DNA of 64,000 nt from an uncultured Bacilli bacterium (GCA_963931685.1 OZ007038.1:1194940-1258939), one strand, 5' to 3'. Shown: positions 46,303-57,250, numbered from the stretch's first letter. Notes: generated by a model not told the origin, from the letters alone. Numbers and translations: made by a program.

Positions 46303-46812
46303 CTAATTTTCTCCGTGTTTTGAAATATTTTTTAATTCATCTTTTAATCTATTATGTTCTTCATCTGTTAATTCGCTTTCATATTGTCTTTTTTCTTGCA
46401 TCATATATTTTGAAATTACAGTTTCTATTTCCCTTAAAGCATTTTTTGATATAAAAGTTAAAATAACAGTTTCTTTTACTGTATCAATAACTACTTTTCC
46501 CCAGAAAAGTCCCATTCTAAGAGTTAAATCATTAAACATGTCTGGTGTAATTGTGTAATAAAAATATCCAAAAATTAAACGTTTTTGTGCAAGTAAAATT
46601 CTTTTATCTGTAATGACGATTACATATGTTGAGGTAATATTAAATACACTTGGTAATTTTTGAGCCGCAAATGCATATAAAACTTCTTCATCATCATTAA
46701 CGTGTTCAGCAGCAACTTTGCTATGAGCTTTTAGTCTCCATGAAATTGTTAATGGGTATCTTTTTTTAAAATCTTTTACTTTATTATAAATTATGTTTAA
46801 CATAAGTTTCAC
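46303..46812 (-). CDS. hypothetical protein (possible bacterial PH-like domain)
   Basis: 169 aa; 4-nt overlap with the upstream DUF1653 gene; weak YdbS/YdbT-like pattern only. Confidence 0.35.
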   Translation of the reverse strand: MKLMLNIIYNKVKDFKKRYPLTISWRLKAHSKVAAEHVNDDEEVLYAFAAQKLPSVFNITSTYVIVITDKRILLAQKRLIFGYFYYTITPDMFNDLTLRMGLFWGKVVIDTVKETVILTFISKNALREIETVISKYMMQEKRQYESELTDEEHNRLKDELKNISKHGEN

Positions 46813-47075
46813 TTCCTTTTTACTTTAACACTATCTATTTTTACTTTCTCAAATCTATATTTTTGTTTTTCTTCTGGATATTTTTCATGATTTACTTCTG
46901 ATAAAAACATATCTTTTTGTCTTATATATAATTTGTTGTCACCATATAAAGCTCTATAAACTACATATTCTTCTTCTGTTTCTGAATGAATAGCTATATC
47001 TAATACTAAATAATAATCACCCTTAAAATGTTTATAGATAGTATTTTTTACTATATCTCTCACTTTATCCCTCAT
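46809..47075 (-). CDS. DUF1653-family protein
   Basis: [32 protein letters not shown]...YIRQKDMF matches the DUF1653 signature as I recall it. Confidence 0.6.
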   Translation of the reverse strand: MRDKVRDIVKNTIYKHFKGDYYLVLDIAIHSETEEEYVVYRALYGDNKLYIRQKDMFLSEVNHEKYPEEKQKYRFEKVKIDSVKVKRK

Positions 47076-47144
47076 TTCAATTTAATTATACATTTTTTTA
47101 TATATTAAAACAAGTTGATATTTTCATAAGAACAAAATGCCAAA

Positions 47145-47271
47145 ATAAATTTTGACATTAGCTTACCTCACGGTAAGCTTTTTCTACTTCACAGAAACCT
47201 AAGGCTTCTCCATAGACCAATATCGGATAGTCTTTTGCCCTAATTTATATTTTATTTATGTCAAAATTTAT
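47145..47271 (-). ncRNA. candidate omega-RNA / right-end structure of the TnpB element
   Basis: 14-bp stem ATAAATTTTGACAT (47145-47158) / ATGTCAAAATTTAT (47258-47271) encloses a GC-richer core with hairpin AGCTTACC-TCAC-GGTAAGCT, directly 3' of the tnpB stop. Confidence 0.3.
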
Positions 47272-47273
47272 GA

Positions 47274-48422
47274 TTAGATAGATTGCTCTAGATATAACAT
47301 GTATTTTTCTAAACCTTTAAACATTATATTAACTGCTGCATTATAATCACGTTCATGCTCTGTATGACATACTGGACATTCCCAATTTCTTATACTTAAA
47401 TCTTTTACTTCCTTATTTTGATAATTGCAAACATTACATATTTGACTACTCGGATAATATCTGTCTATTTGTATTATTCTTTTGTTATTCCAATCAGCTT
47501 TATATTTAAGTACTCTGATTATTTCTGATATTGGGTTTTCATTTAAGCCTTTTGCCACATAGTGATTTTTCTGCATTCCTTTAACATCTAAATTCTCAGT
47601 TACTATAATGTCATTTTCATTTATTAGTTTATTTGTTATATCATGTATCATATGTTTTCTTGCGTTTCTTATTTTTTGATATAATCTTTGTATTTTTAGT
47701 TTCATTTTATATCTGTTTTGACTTCCTTTTTTACACCTAGATATTCCTCTTTGCAGGCCTACCATTCTTTTAGTGTTTAGTTTTATTTTGTTTTCTATTT
47801 TCTCATTAAATGATGTTACTATTAAATCTTTTATTCCTAAATCTATTCCTATTATACTTGTTGGTACAAATGCTGGTCTTATTAATTCTTCGTTGATTAA
47901 GACGCTTACATAATATTTACCGGCATCTTTTTTAATTACTGCACTTTTTACTTCACCAGGTATTACTTCTTTATTTCTATATCCTCTTATCTTTACTTCT
48001 TTTAATTTTGGTAATGTTATTGTTTTATTTTTTAAATCTAGTTTTATACTATTATAATTATTTCCTTTATAACTACTTTTTATATTATTAGTTTTATAAC
48101 TTTCATGTACTCCTTTTGCTTTAAATTTAGGATACCCATTTCCATTATAAAAATTGGTAAAAGCATTATCTAAATTAAATAGACTATTTCGAAGTGCGCA
48201 ACTATCTACTTCTTTTAAAAATGAATATTCTTTAGAAAGTGATGGTATTAATTTAATTTGGTCATATGCACTTTTACTTTTGCCAGTTTCTTTATATTCT
48301 TTTATTTTATCATCTAAGAAATGATTATATATAAATCTACAGCATCCAATAGTTTTATTAATTAGTTCCTCTTGCTTTTCAGTTGGATACATTCTAAACA
48401 CATAGCCTTTTAATATTTTCAT
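47274..48422 (-). CDS. tnpB: IS200/IS605-family TnpB (OrfB) RNA-guided endonuclease, solo
   Basis: MKILKGYVFRMYPTEKQ N-terminus, RuvC-like blocks, C-terminal CNVC...CPVCHTEHERDYNAAVNI zinc finger. Confidence 0.9.
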   Translation of the reverse strand: MKILKGYVFRMYPTEKQEELINKTIGCCRFIYNHFLDDKIKEYKETGKSKSAYDQIKLIPSLSKEYSFLKEVDSCALRNSLFNLDNAFTNFYNGNGYPKFKAKGVHESYKTNNIKSSYKGNNYNSIKLDLKNKTITLPKLKEVKIRGYRNKEVIPGEVKSAVIKKDAGKYYVSVLINEELIRPAFVPTSIIGIDLGIKDLIVTSFNEKIENKIKLNTKRMVGLQRGISRCKKGSQNRYKMKLKIQRLYQKIRNARKHMIHDITNKLINENDIIVTENLDVKGMQKNHYVAKGLNENPISEIIRVLKYKADWNNKRIIQIDRYYPSSQICNVCNYQNKEVKDLSIRNWECPVCHTEHERDYNAAVNIMFKGLEKYMLYLEQSI

Positions 48423-48986
48423 AGTATCACCTTCTATTTTTTGATATATCCACTATAGCACATACAAACGTTCTTGTAAATAGCTTCTTGCAAACTTTTA
48501 CCTTTTACAAAGCAAATTCCTAGTAAATAAAAAAAATAAGCTACCTGTCAAATAGCTTATTTTTTTGTGGATAAATTTAACTATCTTTATACTGACAGAT
48601 ATAATGATAGTTGTTATCAAGATTCCACATGTACGTACACTACTTAATAGCTTGATAAACGATAGAAATGTGAACAAATTAGTCATATTATAACCATAAC
48701 TATTTGTAATTTGCATCGTAAATTACTAAAAATTTACTGAAAAATAATTTTTAATAAGCATTCACAGATTAAAAATTATTAGTGCTTTTTGTGACTATCC
48801 TATTAAGTAATTTTAATATATCATGATTTTGATGAAAAAGCAATAAGGTTTTATTAATATTTTGTGTTTTGTGTAAAATGAATGTTAATATATGATAATT
48901 GGATAATTTAATAATATTAACATCTTTTTTAATATTTTGTATTTATGTTGGAATATAAAGTCCAATTAATTTATATAGTTATCTTC

Positions 48987-49913
48987 CTATAATAATTCTA
49001 AATATTTCTTTAACATTTCTATTTCTAACTTTGTTATTAATTTAACAAAATCTGTGTAATTACCAGTTGTATGTGCCTTATCTAACGCTTCATAATAATC
49101 TAATCTATCTTCTTTTTTTATAATTACTGGATTATATCCATGATTCATTAAATCCAAATTCATAAGTAACCTCGATGTTCTGCCATTACCATCTACAAAT
49201 GGATGAATTTTAACTAATTCCCCATGTAATAAAGCAGCTTGGATAATCGGGTGAAATTCATTCCAATTTTCATAACTTAAAACTAATTTTTCCATTAACT
49301 CTGGAACTTTCAAATAATCTGGTGGAATATAGGTAGCACCTTTTATAGTAACATTTTCTTTTCTATATCTTCCTGCGTTTTCATCGTCAATATCTTTTAA
49401 TACTAATTGGTGAATACTTTTAATATTCCATTCAGTTATTGGTTTTTTTTCTTTTACTAAATCATTTAAATATAATATTGCTTTTTCATGATTTATTACT
49501 TCTAAATGTTCCTTTATTGATTTCCCTCCAACTGTAATTCCTTCTAATACGACCTGTGTTTCTCTAAGTGTCAAAGTGTTTCCTTCTATACCATTGCTGT
49601 TATATGTCCATTCAAGATTAATAGATTCTTCTAATGACCTTAATGTTTCTTTTGGAATCGGTCTTTTTATATCAAGTTCTTTTTTTAACTTATCTACTTC
49701 ATTAAAATAGCTGTCTTCTAAATCGACAATAAAATCTACATTATTAGCCTTAATAACACGTTTATCCACAGGTTTTATTGCGTCAATAGGAATATTCCAA
49801 CTATTACCATTCTTAACAGCGCCCTCAATTCGACTATCTTGTAATAATTGCCTGATTCTTCTTTCACTTATATTCCATTTTTTTGCAGCTTCTTTAGTAG
49901 TCATAAATTCCAT
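48987..49913 (-). CDS. Fic-family protein with N-terminal excisionase-type HTH
   Basis: HPFVDGNGRTSRLL Fic motif; N-terminal MTTKEAAKKWNISERRIRQLL HTH. Confidence 0.85.
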   Translation of the reverse strand: MEFMTTKEAAKKWNISERRIRQLLQDSRIEGAVKNGNSWNIPIDAIKPVDKRVIKANNVDFIVDLEDSYFNEVDKLKKELDIKRPIPKETLRSLEESINLEWTYNSNGIEGNTLTLRETQVVLEGITVGGKSIKEHLEVINHEKAILYLNDLVKEKKPITEWNIKSIHQLVLKDIDDENAGRYRKENVTIKGATYIPPDYLKVPELMEKLVLSYENWNEFHPIIQAALLHGELVKIHPFVDGNGRTSRLLMNLDLMNHGYNPVIIKKEDRLDYYEALDKAHTTGNYTDFVKLITKLEIEMLKKYLELL

Positions 49914-49979
49914 AACTTTTCACCTCTATATATTATTATACCGTTATCGGTAGTTTTGTCAACTGCATAAGACTAATTT

Positions 49980-50800
49980 TTACTTATATTTAATAATTTC
50001 ATCTATGCTATCTAATTTAACCATTTCTTCAAATTTTTCACTTGCTTCTTTATCTGTTTCTTTAGTCGTAGTTACATAATAATTTTTGGTTGCTTCAATC
50101 TTGCTGTGCCCTAAAATATCAGCTACATCTCTAATTTCAACTCCGTTTTTTAGACTTTTTGTTGAAAAACTCCTTCTTAAGTCATAAAACCGGCAATTAT
50201 TTATTCCTAGTTCATGATGTATAATCCTATAAGGATAACTGATTAAATCCGTCCCTATGTATATTCCATTATCTTTCACAAACACTAAATTTACTTTTGC
50301 TTTCTTCTTTGACTTATATTTCAGCTCAATTATTCTATTTTCTACTACTTTACCATACTTGTTTTTAGCTTCTTCCAGATAGTAATCATAATATTTTGTT
50401 TTCTGCTTTTTTCTATTGTTAATCTGATAATGTTGATAGCTTTTCAATACTTCTAATAAAGCTTGATTTAGTAAATATGGGGTTATTGAATATAACATAT
50501 ATTTTCCTAGTTCTGCTTTTATTATTTTAAAAGTTTCTTTATATCTTTTCGCTGTGGAATACTTAAAATTAATTTCAAAATATTGACTCATCCAATAATC
50601 TAAATAGTCAGCGTATGTCATATTTGCCTGTTTATTAATTCCACCTTTAATTATTCATCATAGGCTTTCATTCCAGCAATATATGCTTCATTTTTTGTTC
50701 TAAACCCTGATTTATTGATAAACTTTCTTTTTACATTTATTTTTGCAATTTCAAATTAATACTGATAAATCTTTCCTCTTTTTGTCACATTAACTCTCAT
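49980..50800 (-). pseudogene. decayed tyrosine integrase
   Basis: Arm-domain frame MRVNVTKRGKIYQY*FEIAKINVKRKFINKSGFRTKNEA has in-frame stops and then a frame change; the 213-aa ORF retains the SAM-like start and RFYDLRRSF...LGHSKIEATKNYY, but the central catalytic region is missing. Confidence 0.7.
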
Positions 50801-50887
50801 ACTATTTATTCCTTTCCTTTTTCTATTTTTTTATTTACGAAATCATTATAAAAAAATGCCAACATATTTCTATGTTAACATTTTGTA

Positions 50888-51743
50888 TTAAGATACTGGT
50901 GTAAGTTCTTTTTGAAGTAATTTTATGATTATTTCTATAGAATTCATAACATCTTCATAACTTATATCTTTTACATAAATCTTTTTAAGTTTATATCTAT
51001 TAAAGTTTGTTTTTAATCTTTCGCTATTTTTTATTAAATCAAAATTAGAAACAATCATATTTATATCAAATTTAGATGCCCGTCTTTCAAAAGTATTTTT
51101 TATTGCTTGTATTAAATCATCTTTATTAATATCATTATAAAATCTAGTTAATAAAATATATAAATCATAGAAATCTTTTGCTCTTGTGTTCATAATATTA
51201 TCAGTAATAAATGTTTCAAACTTTTCTGCTATAATAGTTTCTTTATTAAAAGCCATAATGTTAATATAAGAATCATCAAACATGCATTTATATTTAAATT
51301 TTAATTCTTTAGGTGTAATAGGATCTCCTACGGTAACATCGATTGATAGTGGCACTCATAAATGTTCCTTATATCCAATTAATTTAACTTTTAATCCACC
51401 ATATTTATCTATTAGTCTAATATCTTTAATATTAACAATTTCAAAAGTTATTCCATCTTTACCATCAATACTTATTATTTCTTTTATTATTTTTTCTAAT
51501 GTTTTTGCTTCTAATGGTATTCCTTTTAACATTGTATCCATATCTTGGGTGGTCCTACGTTCATCACCAAATATTGCAGATAATAAAAGTCCACCTTTTA
51601 ATATGAAATTATATTTGTATTTACTAATTCCAATCCGATATAATAATCTTTCAAAAAAATACATTTGCATTATATCTTGTGGCTCTAAATGGTTTTCATG
51701 GGCTTTTGTTTTAATATTTATTTTTTAAATCTTCAGCATCCAT
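50888..51743 (-). pseudogene. abiEii: AbiEii-type nucleotidyltransferase toxin, inactivated
   Basis: FILKGGLLLS...DMDTM core; in-frame TGA at 51356-51358 splits the ORF; a frameshift in an A-run separates MDAEDLKNK (ATG 51743) from the rest. Confidence 0.7.
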
Positions 51744-51755
51744 AATATCTATCAC

Positions 51756-52349
51756 TTACATTAACACCTCCAAATATCTATTAACTTCATTCTCAACATT
51801 AAGTCTTTTAGAGTATTCTACTAATTTTGGTAAATCCCTATTTTGTTTATCCCTCAAATATTCGGTAATAGCATATTTAATAGTTTCTAAATCCTCTTTA
51901 TTTCTATTTTTTAATAAATCACAAATACATCTTTCTGCATTATAACACGTAATAATTTGTCCCTGAGGACTTTTAATTTCTATTTTTCCTAATTCAAAAA
52001 TTTCTGTTTTTACAAAGTGCAATTTTACATTGTCAACATGATTTAATTTTCCATTATACCCTCGGCAGACTGTAATATGATAAATACTTGGAACTGTTTC
52101 ACATAAACCTAGAAAATATAGTGCTGTATCATATGAAAAAATAGCGTTTATTCCGTAAATTAAATTAAAATATTCATCTCCCCAAGTATTTGGTAAAACA
52201 TATAATCCTTTTTTTACTCTTTCAATTTTTCTAGATTTAACTAATCTTGTTAAAAATATTCTGTTAATACCATGTTTGGAAACCTCTTTTGACGTGATTA
52301 TACCATTATTTACTTTAATTAAATTTAAAATTTGCTCTTCTTTACTCAT
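51756..52349 (-). CDS. abiEi: AbiEi-family antitoxin / transcriptional regulator
   Basis: N-terminal wHTH GIITSKEVSKHGINRIFLTRLVKSRKIERVKKGLYVL typical of AbiEi; intact 197 aa. Confidence 0.8.
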   Translation of the reverse strand: MSKEEQILNLIKVNNGIITSKEVSKHGINRIFLTRLVKSRKIERVKKGLYVLPNTWGDEYFNLIYGINAIFSYDTALYFLGLCETVPSIYHITVCRGYNGKLNHVDNVKLHFVKTEIFELGKIEIKSPQGQIITCYNAERCICDLLKNRNKEDLETIKYAITEYLRDKQNRDLPKLVEYSKRLNVENEVNRYLEVLM

Positions 52350-52575
52350 AAACTCCTGTTCCTTTCAACATACATTATATCATAATTGTTAGTTTAAAGG
52401 AACATAAAAATACAATATATTTTAAAAATAAAAAGAATGTTTACATATTTTTATGCAAGCATTCTCTTAATTTTAAAGGACTTTTAAAGTTTTTTTATTT
52501 TTTTGTAAACAATTTTTATATTTTTTAATTTTCTATTTTTTCTAAAATACATCTATTCCCTTATTTTATAAGGCC

Positions 52576-55074
52576 TTACGCATTACGACCACAGCAATTC
52601 TTATACTTTTTTCCCGAACCACATGGACATGGATCATTTCTACCAATTTTTTTTACTCTTTTAGGAGTCTGTTTTTTTGTTTTACTTTTATCTTCATTTG
52701 GTGTTCCTTTAATTACTTGTTCTCTTTCAGTATTTTGTCTAATTTCAGCATTTAGTAAGTATCTACTAATATCCATATCTATTGTAGCAAGTAAGTTATC
52801 AAACATTTCATATCCTTCTGCTGTATATGCTTGAAGTGGATTTTCTTGAGCGTATTGTCTTAAATATATACCTTCTCTAAGTAAACTCATTGCATTTATG
52901 TGATCCATCCAATGCGTATCAATTACACGTAATGAAATAGCTTTTTCAAATTCATTTTTAAGTTCTTCTGGAAACTCTTTAATCTTTTCTTCATATTCTT
53001 CTACAACGTGTTCATAAATTGTTTCTATTAGACTTTCTGAATCTAGTTCTTCTAATTCATCAACTGATAAATCATTTTTTAATAAATTTTCATTAACTGA
53101 TTCTAATATTTCTGTTACATCTAAACCAGTTAATTTATTACTATCGATTAAATGACTATTAACAATATTAGAAATATGGTTTTTGAAATGGTCTAATGTC
53201 ATACTATGAATCGAATCGCTATCTAAAATTCTATTTCTTTGTCCATAAATAATCATACGTTGATTATTTATAACATCGTCATATTCTAGTAAATGTTTAC
53301 GAGTATCAAAATTATTTCCTTCTACTCTTTTTTGTGCTGATTCGATTGATCTAGATAAAGCCTTACTTCTTATTGAAAGTTCACCATCGAAACCCACTTT
53401 TTGAAGTAAGTGTTTTGCACTATCAGTACCAAATCTTACCATTAAGTCATCTTCAAATGAAACACAGAATTGACTCATTCCTGGGTCTCCTTGACGTCCT
53501 GAACGACCTCTTAATTGGTTATCAATACGTCTAGACTCATGTCTTTCTGTACCCAATACACATAAACCACCAAGTTCTTTAACTCCTTTACCTAATTTAA
53601 TATCTGTACCACGTCCAGCCATGTTTGTGGCGATGGTTACAGCGCCTTTTTCTCCGGCTTTAGCGATTATTTCTGCTTCACGAGCATTGTTTTTAGCATT
53701 TAATACTTCATGTGGAATATGTTCTTTTTTTAACATGTTACTTATTTTTTCACTGTTTTCAACGGCTACAGTACCTACTAGGACTGGTTGTCCTTTTGCA
53801 TGTCTTTCTTTGATTTCTTTAACTATTGCTTTATATTTTCCTTCAGCAGTTGCGAAGATTAAATCATTATAGTCTTCACGAATTACAGGTTTATTTGTTG
53901 GAATTTGAATAACATACATGTTATAAATATCTCTAAATTCTTCTTCTTCTGTTTTTGCAGTACCTGTCATACCAGCTAGTTTCTTATACATTCTAAATAA
54001 GTTTTGGAATGTTATAGTTGCTAGTGTTTTAGTCTCTTCATTAATTTGAACACCTTCTTTAGCTTCTATTGCTTGGTGTAATCCTTCTGAGAATGCTCTT
54101 CCCGGCATTAAACGTCCTGTAAATTGGTCAACAATAACTATTTTTCCATCTTGAATAACATAGTCGAAATCTTTTTTCATGCTATAGTTTGCATGTAATG
54201 CTTGGTTAATAAAGTGAACTAATGTTGCATGTTCAATGTCATATAAATTTTTAACATTAAAGTATTTTTCAGCTTTCTTTATACCTTCAGCATCTAATGA
54301 TGTTGCTTTTGTTTTTTCATCATATATATATCCTTCGTCTTCTTTTAATGTTTTAACGAATTTATCAGCTTGTAAATATAAATTAGCAGATTGCATCTTT
54401 CCACCTGAAATAATTAATGGAGTTCTAGCTTCATCTATTAATACTGAGTCTACTTCATCGATGATTACAAAGTTTAATGGTCTTTGTACTCTATCTTCAG
54501 CGCGAACAACCATGTTATCTCTTAAGTAGTCAAAACCAATTTCATTGTTAGTTGAATACATAATATCACAGTTATATGCTTCTCTTTTTTGCTGTTGATT
54601 ATATTCCCTATAATTTATACCTACTGTTAAACCTAAAAATTCGTAAATTTTTCCCATCCAAACAGCGTCACGTCCGGCTAAGTATTCGTTAACTGTGATA
54701 ATATGTACCCCATCACCAGTTAAAGCATTTAGGTACGCTGGTAAGATTGATGTTAAGGTTTTTCCTTCACCAGTTTTCATTTCAGCAATATTACCATAGT
54801 GAATAGCTAGTCCACCTAATAACTGAACATAGTATGGCTTTTCACCAATCACACGGTAAGCAGCCTCTCTTGCAACAGCAAATGCTTCTACTTTGATATC
54901 TTCTAATGTTTCTCCATTTTGTAATCTTTCTTTAAATTCTGTTGTTTTTGCTTTTAACTCTTTATCGGTTAATTGTGACATTTCTTCATCTAAAGCTTCT
55001 ATTTCATCGGCTATTTTTTGAAACTTTTCTAGTTCTTTATAATCATGGTCAAATATTTTTTTTAAAAACTTCAT
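52576..55074 (-). CDS. secA: preprotein translocase ATPase SecA
   Basis: 832 aa; MKTGEGKT Walker A, DEVDS, TNMAGRGTDI, C-terminal CPCGSGKKYKNCCG zinc motif. Confidence 0.97.
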   Translation of the reverse strand: MKFLKKIFDHDYKELEKFQKIADEIEALDEEMSQLTDKELKAKTTEFKERLQNGETLEDIKVEAFAVAREAAYRVIGEKPYYVQLLGGLAIHYGNIAEMKTGEGKTLTSILPAYLNALTGDGVHIITVNEYLAGRDAVWMGKIYEFLGLTVGINYREYNQQQKREAYNCDIMYSTNNEIGFDYLRDNMVVRAEDRVQRPLNFVIIDEVDSVLIDEARTPLIISGGKMQSANLYLQADKFVKTLKEDEGYIYDEKTKATSLDAEGIKKAEKYFNVKNLYDIEHATLVHFINQALHANYSMKKDFDYVIQDGKIVIVDQFTGRLMPGRAFSEGLHQAIEAKEGVQINEETKTLATITFQNLFRMYKKLAGMTGTAKTEEEEFRDIYNMYVIQIPTNKPVIREDYNDLIFATAEGKYKAIVKEIKERHAKGQPVLVGTVAVENSEKISNMLKKEHIPHEVLNAKNNAREAEIIAKAGEKGAVTIATNMAGRGTDIKLGKGVKELGGLCVLGTERHESRRIDNQLRGRSGRQGDPGMSQFCVSFEDDLMVRFGTDSAKHLLQKVGFDGELSIRSKALSRSIESAQKRVEGNNFDTRKHLLEYDDVINNQRMIIYGQRNRILDSDSIHSMTLDHFKNHISNIVNSHLIDSNKLTGLDVTEILESVNENLLKNDLSVDELEELDSESLIETIYEHVVEEYEEKIKEFPEELKNEFEKAISLRVIDTHWMDHINAMSLLREGIYLRQYAQENPLQAYTAEGYEMFDNLLATIDMDISRYLLNAEIRQNTEREQVIKGTPNEDKSKTKKQTPKRVKKIGRNDPCPCGSGKKYKNCCGRNA

Positions 55075-55223
55075 ATTTGTTCATCCTTTCGTCTATATAG
55101 TATTTTACCAAAAAAACATTAAATTGCATAGAAAAACAGGGCAAAAATTCAAAAAAGCTTTAAATATTCCCTGTTTTTATTCTTTTGCTTGATGATATGC
55201 ATGAGAAAAATCGCTTTTGGCGA

Positions 55224-55757
55224 TTATTTCTCTTTGATTAAACCGTAGTTGCCATCTTCACGTTTATAAATTACTTCAATATCTCCAGTTTTGGAATTTC
55301 TGAAGATAAAGAATGCATGGTCTATTAAATTCATTTGTAAAATTGCCTCGTCTTCACTCATTGGCTTAAGTTCAACACTTTTACGTTTAACAATCTTACT
55401 TTTGTCGTTTTCTGTTTTTTCTACTTTAAAGTCGGTAACAAAGCCAGGAATTTTATCCTTAATAACTTTTTTACTCATTCGTGTTTTGTTTTTACGAATT
55501 TGTCTTTCTAACTTATCAATAATTAAATCAATAGCAGCGAAAGGGTCTTTATGACTTTCCTCAGCACGTAAAATTACTTTTCTTACTGGGATAGTTACTT
55601 CTACTTTATAGTTTGGTTCTACATTTCTAATTAGAACAGTAGCAGTATACTCTTCTCCTTCGTTAAAGTACTTTTCAAGCTTTGAAAGCTTTTTTTCTGC
55701 ATGCTCTTTGAGGTCATTTGTGACTTTGACTTTTTTGCCACGGATTATATATTTCAT
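55224..55757 (-). CDS. hpf: ribosome hibernation-promoting factor (long HPF/YvyD)
   Basis: MKYIIRGKKVKVT...; C-terminal dimerisation domain FFIFRNSKTGDIEVIYKREDGNYGLI; ATG after AAGGTGA. Confidence 0.9.
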   Translation of the reverse strand: MKYIIRGKKVKVTNDLKEHAEKKLSKLEKYFNEGEEYTATVLIRNVEPNYKVEVTIPVRKVILRAEESHKDPFAAIDLIIDKLERQIRKNKTRMSKKVIKDKIPGFVTDFKVEKTENDKSKIVKRKSVELKPMSEDEAILQMNLIDHAFFIFRNSKTGDIEVIYKREDGNYGLIKEK

Positions 55758-55857
55758 ATCATCACCTTCCACTTACATTATATCATAAATTTTCTATAAT
55801 TTATATGATATTCTGTGGGAAATTATGTGTTTTTTTGTTTTCTTTTTAAAGAAAAAA

Positions 55858-56070
55858 CTACACAAGTGCAGTTTTAATTTCGACAACATTTTTAGCTTGT
55901 AATCCTTTGTCAGTTCTGACTAAATCGAATTCAACGTACTGACCCTCAACTAGCGTTTTGTAGCCAGGTGTAAGAATTGCTGAATAGTGGACGAATATAT
56001 CTTCTTTATCGTTATATTCGATAAAACCAAAACCTTTTTCATTGTTGAACCACTTAACTTTGCCCTTCAT
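55858..56070 (-). CDS. cold-shock protein (CspA family)
   Basis: [15 protein letters not shown] (RNP1) and DIFVHYS (RNP2). Confidence 0.92.
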   Translation of the reverse strand: MKGKVKWFNNEKGFGFIEYNDKEDIFVHYSAILTPGYKTLVEGQYVEFDLVRTDKGLQAKNVVEIKTALV

Positions 56071-56255
56071 GTCTTACATCTCCCTTCTAGTAAGTCTCTT
56101 ACAATACTAGTATAAATTAATAAGGCCTTTGTTTTCAATGAAAACCAAACTACTTTTCCCGACAGTTTTTTTAAAACTTATATAATATATTTTTTGTGCA
56201 CGTTACTACATCGACATGTTTGATTTTACACGTACTATGGACAATATTCACTCAA

Positions 56256-56289
56256 TTTGTTTGAACGTATATATATTTTGACTGAATGC
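56256..56289 (+). promoter_or_regulatory. two direct repeats 21 bp apart upstream of agrB (candidate AgrA/LytTR binding site)
   Basis: TTTGTTTGAACGT (56256-56268) and TTTGACTGAATGC (56277-56289). Confidence 0.35.
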
Positions 56290-56413
56290 TAACAAATATA
56301 ACGAGTAGAATACTTTTTACTTTATTTATGTTCTATTTTTTATATATTGGACAAGTTGCAACTATTTTCTTTTGAAATTATGTATTATGTTAGTTAGTAA
56401 AGAGAGGATTTTT

Positions 56414-57013
56414 ATGAAAGCAGTATTTATTAATAACTCTATGAGTTTAATTAAAAAATATTATCCTGATTATTCTGATGTAAGACTTGAAGAATTAAAA
56501 TATGGATTATTAGGACTTTATTTACTAATCTCGAAGTCGATAATTATATTTGGAATTGCTTTATTTCTTGGCATATTTAAAGAATTGTTAATCTTTACTA
56601 TTATTTATAATATTCTAAGAGCTCCCTCTTTTGGGATGCATGCTTCTAAAAGCTGGATATGCTTGGTAGCTTCAACTACAATATTTATCTTTTCAACATA
56701 TTTGAGTGCTAATACTTCAATACCAATTAATATTAAAATTATTTTTGGAATAATTGGTATTATGTTGATTTTTAAAAATAGTCCAGCTGATACTAAAAAA
56801 AGACCTATTGTGAGTCCGAAAAGAAGAAAAATTTATAAGTTAATATCAACTATGATTGCTAGCGTGTTTGCTGTTACATCAATTGTTATAAATAATAATT
56901 TTTTATCTAATGCATTTATTTTATCATTATTAATACAATGTGTTTTTACTTCTCCAACAATGTATAAAATTTGTGGAGAACCCTATGATAACTATAAAAG
57001 TTATCAATCTTAA
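56414..57013 (+). CDS. agrB: AgrB-family autoinducer-processing membrane protease
   Basis: LEELKYGLLGLYLLISK...NILRAPSFGMHASKSW... typical AgrB; ATG 56414 after AGAGAGGA. Confidence 0.85.
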   Translation: MKAVFINNSMSLIKKYYPDYSDVRLEELKYGLLGLYLLISKSIIIFGIALFLGIFKELLIFTIIYNILRAPSFGMHASKSWICLVASTTIFIFSTYLSANTSIPINIKIIFGIIGIMLIFKNSPADTKKRPIVSPKRRKIYKLISTMIASVFAVTSIVINNNFLSNAFILSLLIQCVFTSPTMYKICGEPYDNYKSYQS

Positions 57014-57068
57014 TCCATGGTTTAAATTTATTAATTTAAACATAAATCTATAGAAAGGAGTTTGCTGT

Positions 57069-57188
57069 ATGAGTTTAATTGCATCATTATTATCTTCTTT
57101 GGGTAGCATGTTTGCTAGTGCTGGTAGTGTAGCTTGTCATAGTTGGTGGTTAGATGAACCAGAATGTCCAAAAAGTTTAATTAAATAA
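57069..57188 (+). CDS. agrD: AgrD-type autoinducing-peptide precursor (39 aa; not in the ORF track)
   Basis: MSLIASLLSSLGSMFASAGSVACHSWWLDEPECPKSLIK: amphipathic leader, single ring Cys, conserved DEPExPKSL recognition tail; AGGAG RBS. Confidence 0.8.
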   Translation: MSLIASLLSSLGSMFASAGSVACHSWWLDEPECPKSLIK

Positions 57189-57224
57189 GGAGTTATATTA
57201 TATAGCATATAGTATATAATATGA

Positions 57225-57250
57225 AACCAGGAATTTTTATATTCCTGGTT
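57225..57250. terminator. bidirectional hairpin between convergent agrD and the kinase gene
   Basis: AACCAGGAAT-TTTTAT-ATTCCTGGTT. Confidence 0.6.

Noticed and set aside
48498-48716. 72-aa ORF upstream of tnpB
   Set aside because: Hydrophobic, low-complexity translation with no RBS. It lies in the probable left-end/flank region of the TnpB element.
51356-51358. In-frame TGA in AbiEii as evidence for genetic code 4 (TGA = Trp)
   Set aside because: SecA, the P-type ATPase, Der and other long ORFs are uninterrupted under the standard code and Trp positions use TGG. The same gene also carries a frameshift, so decay is the simpler explanation.
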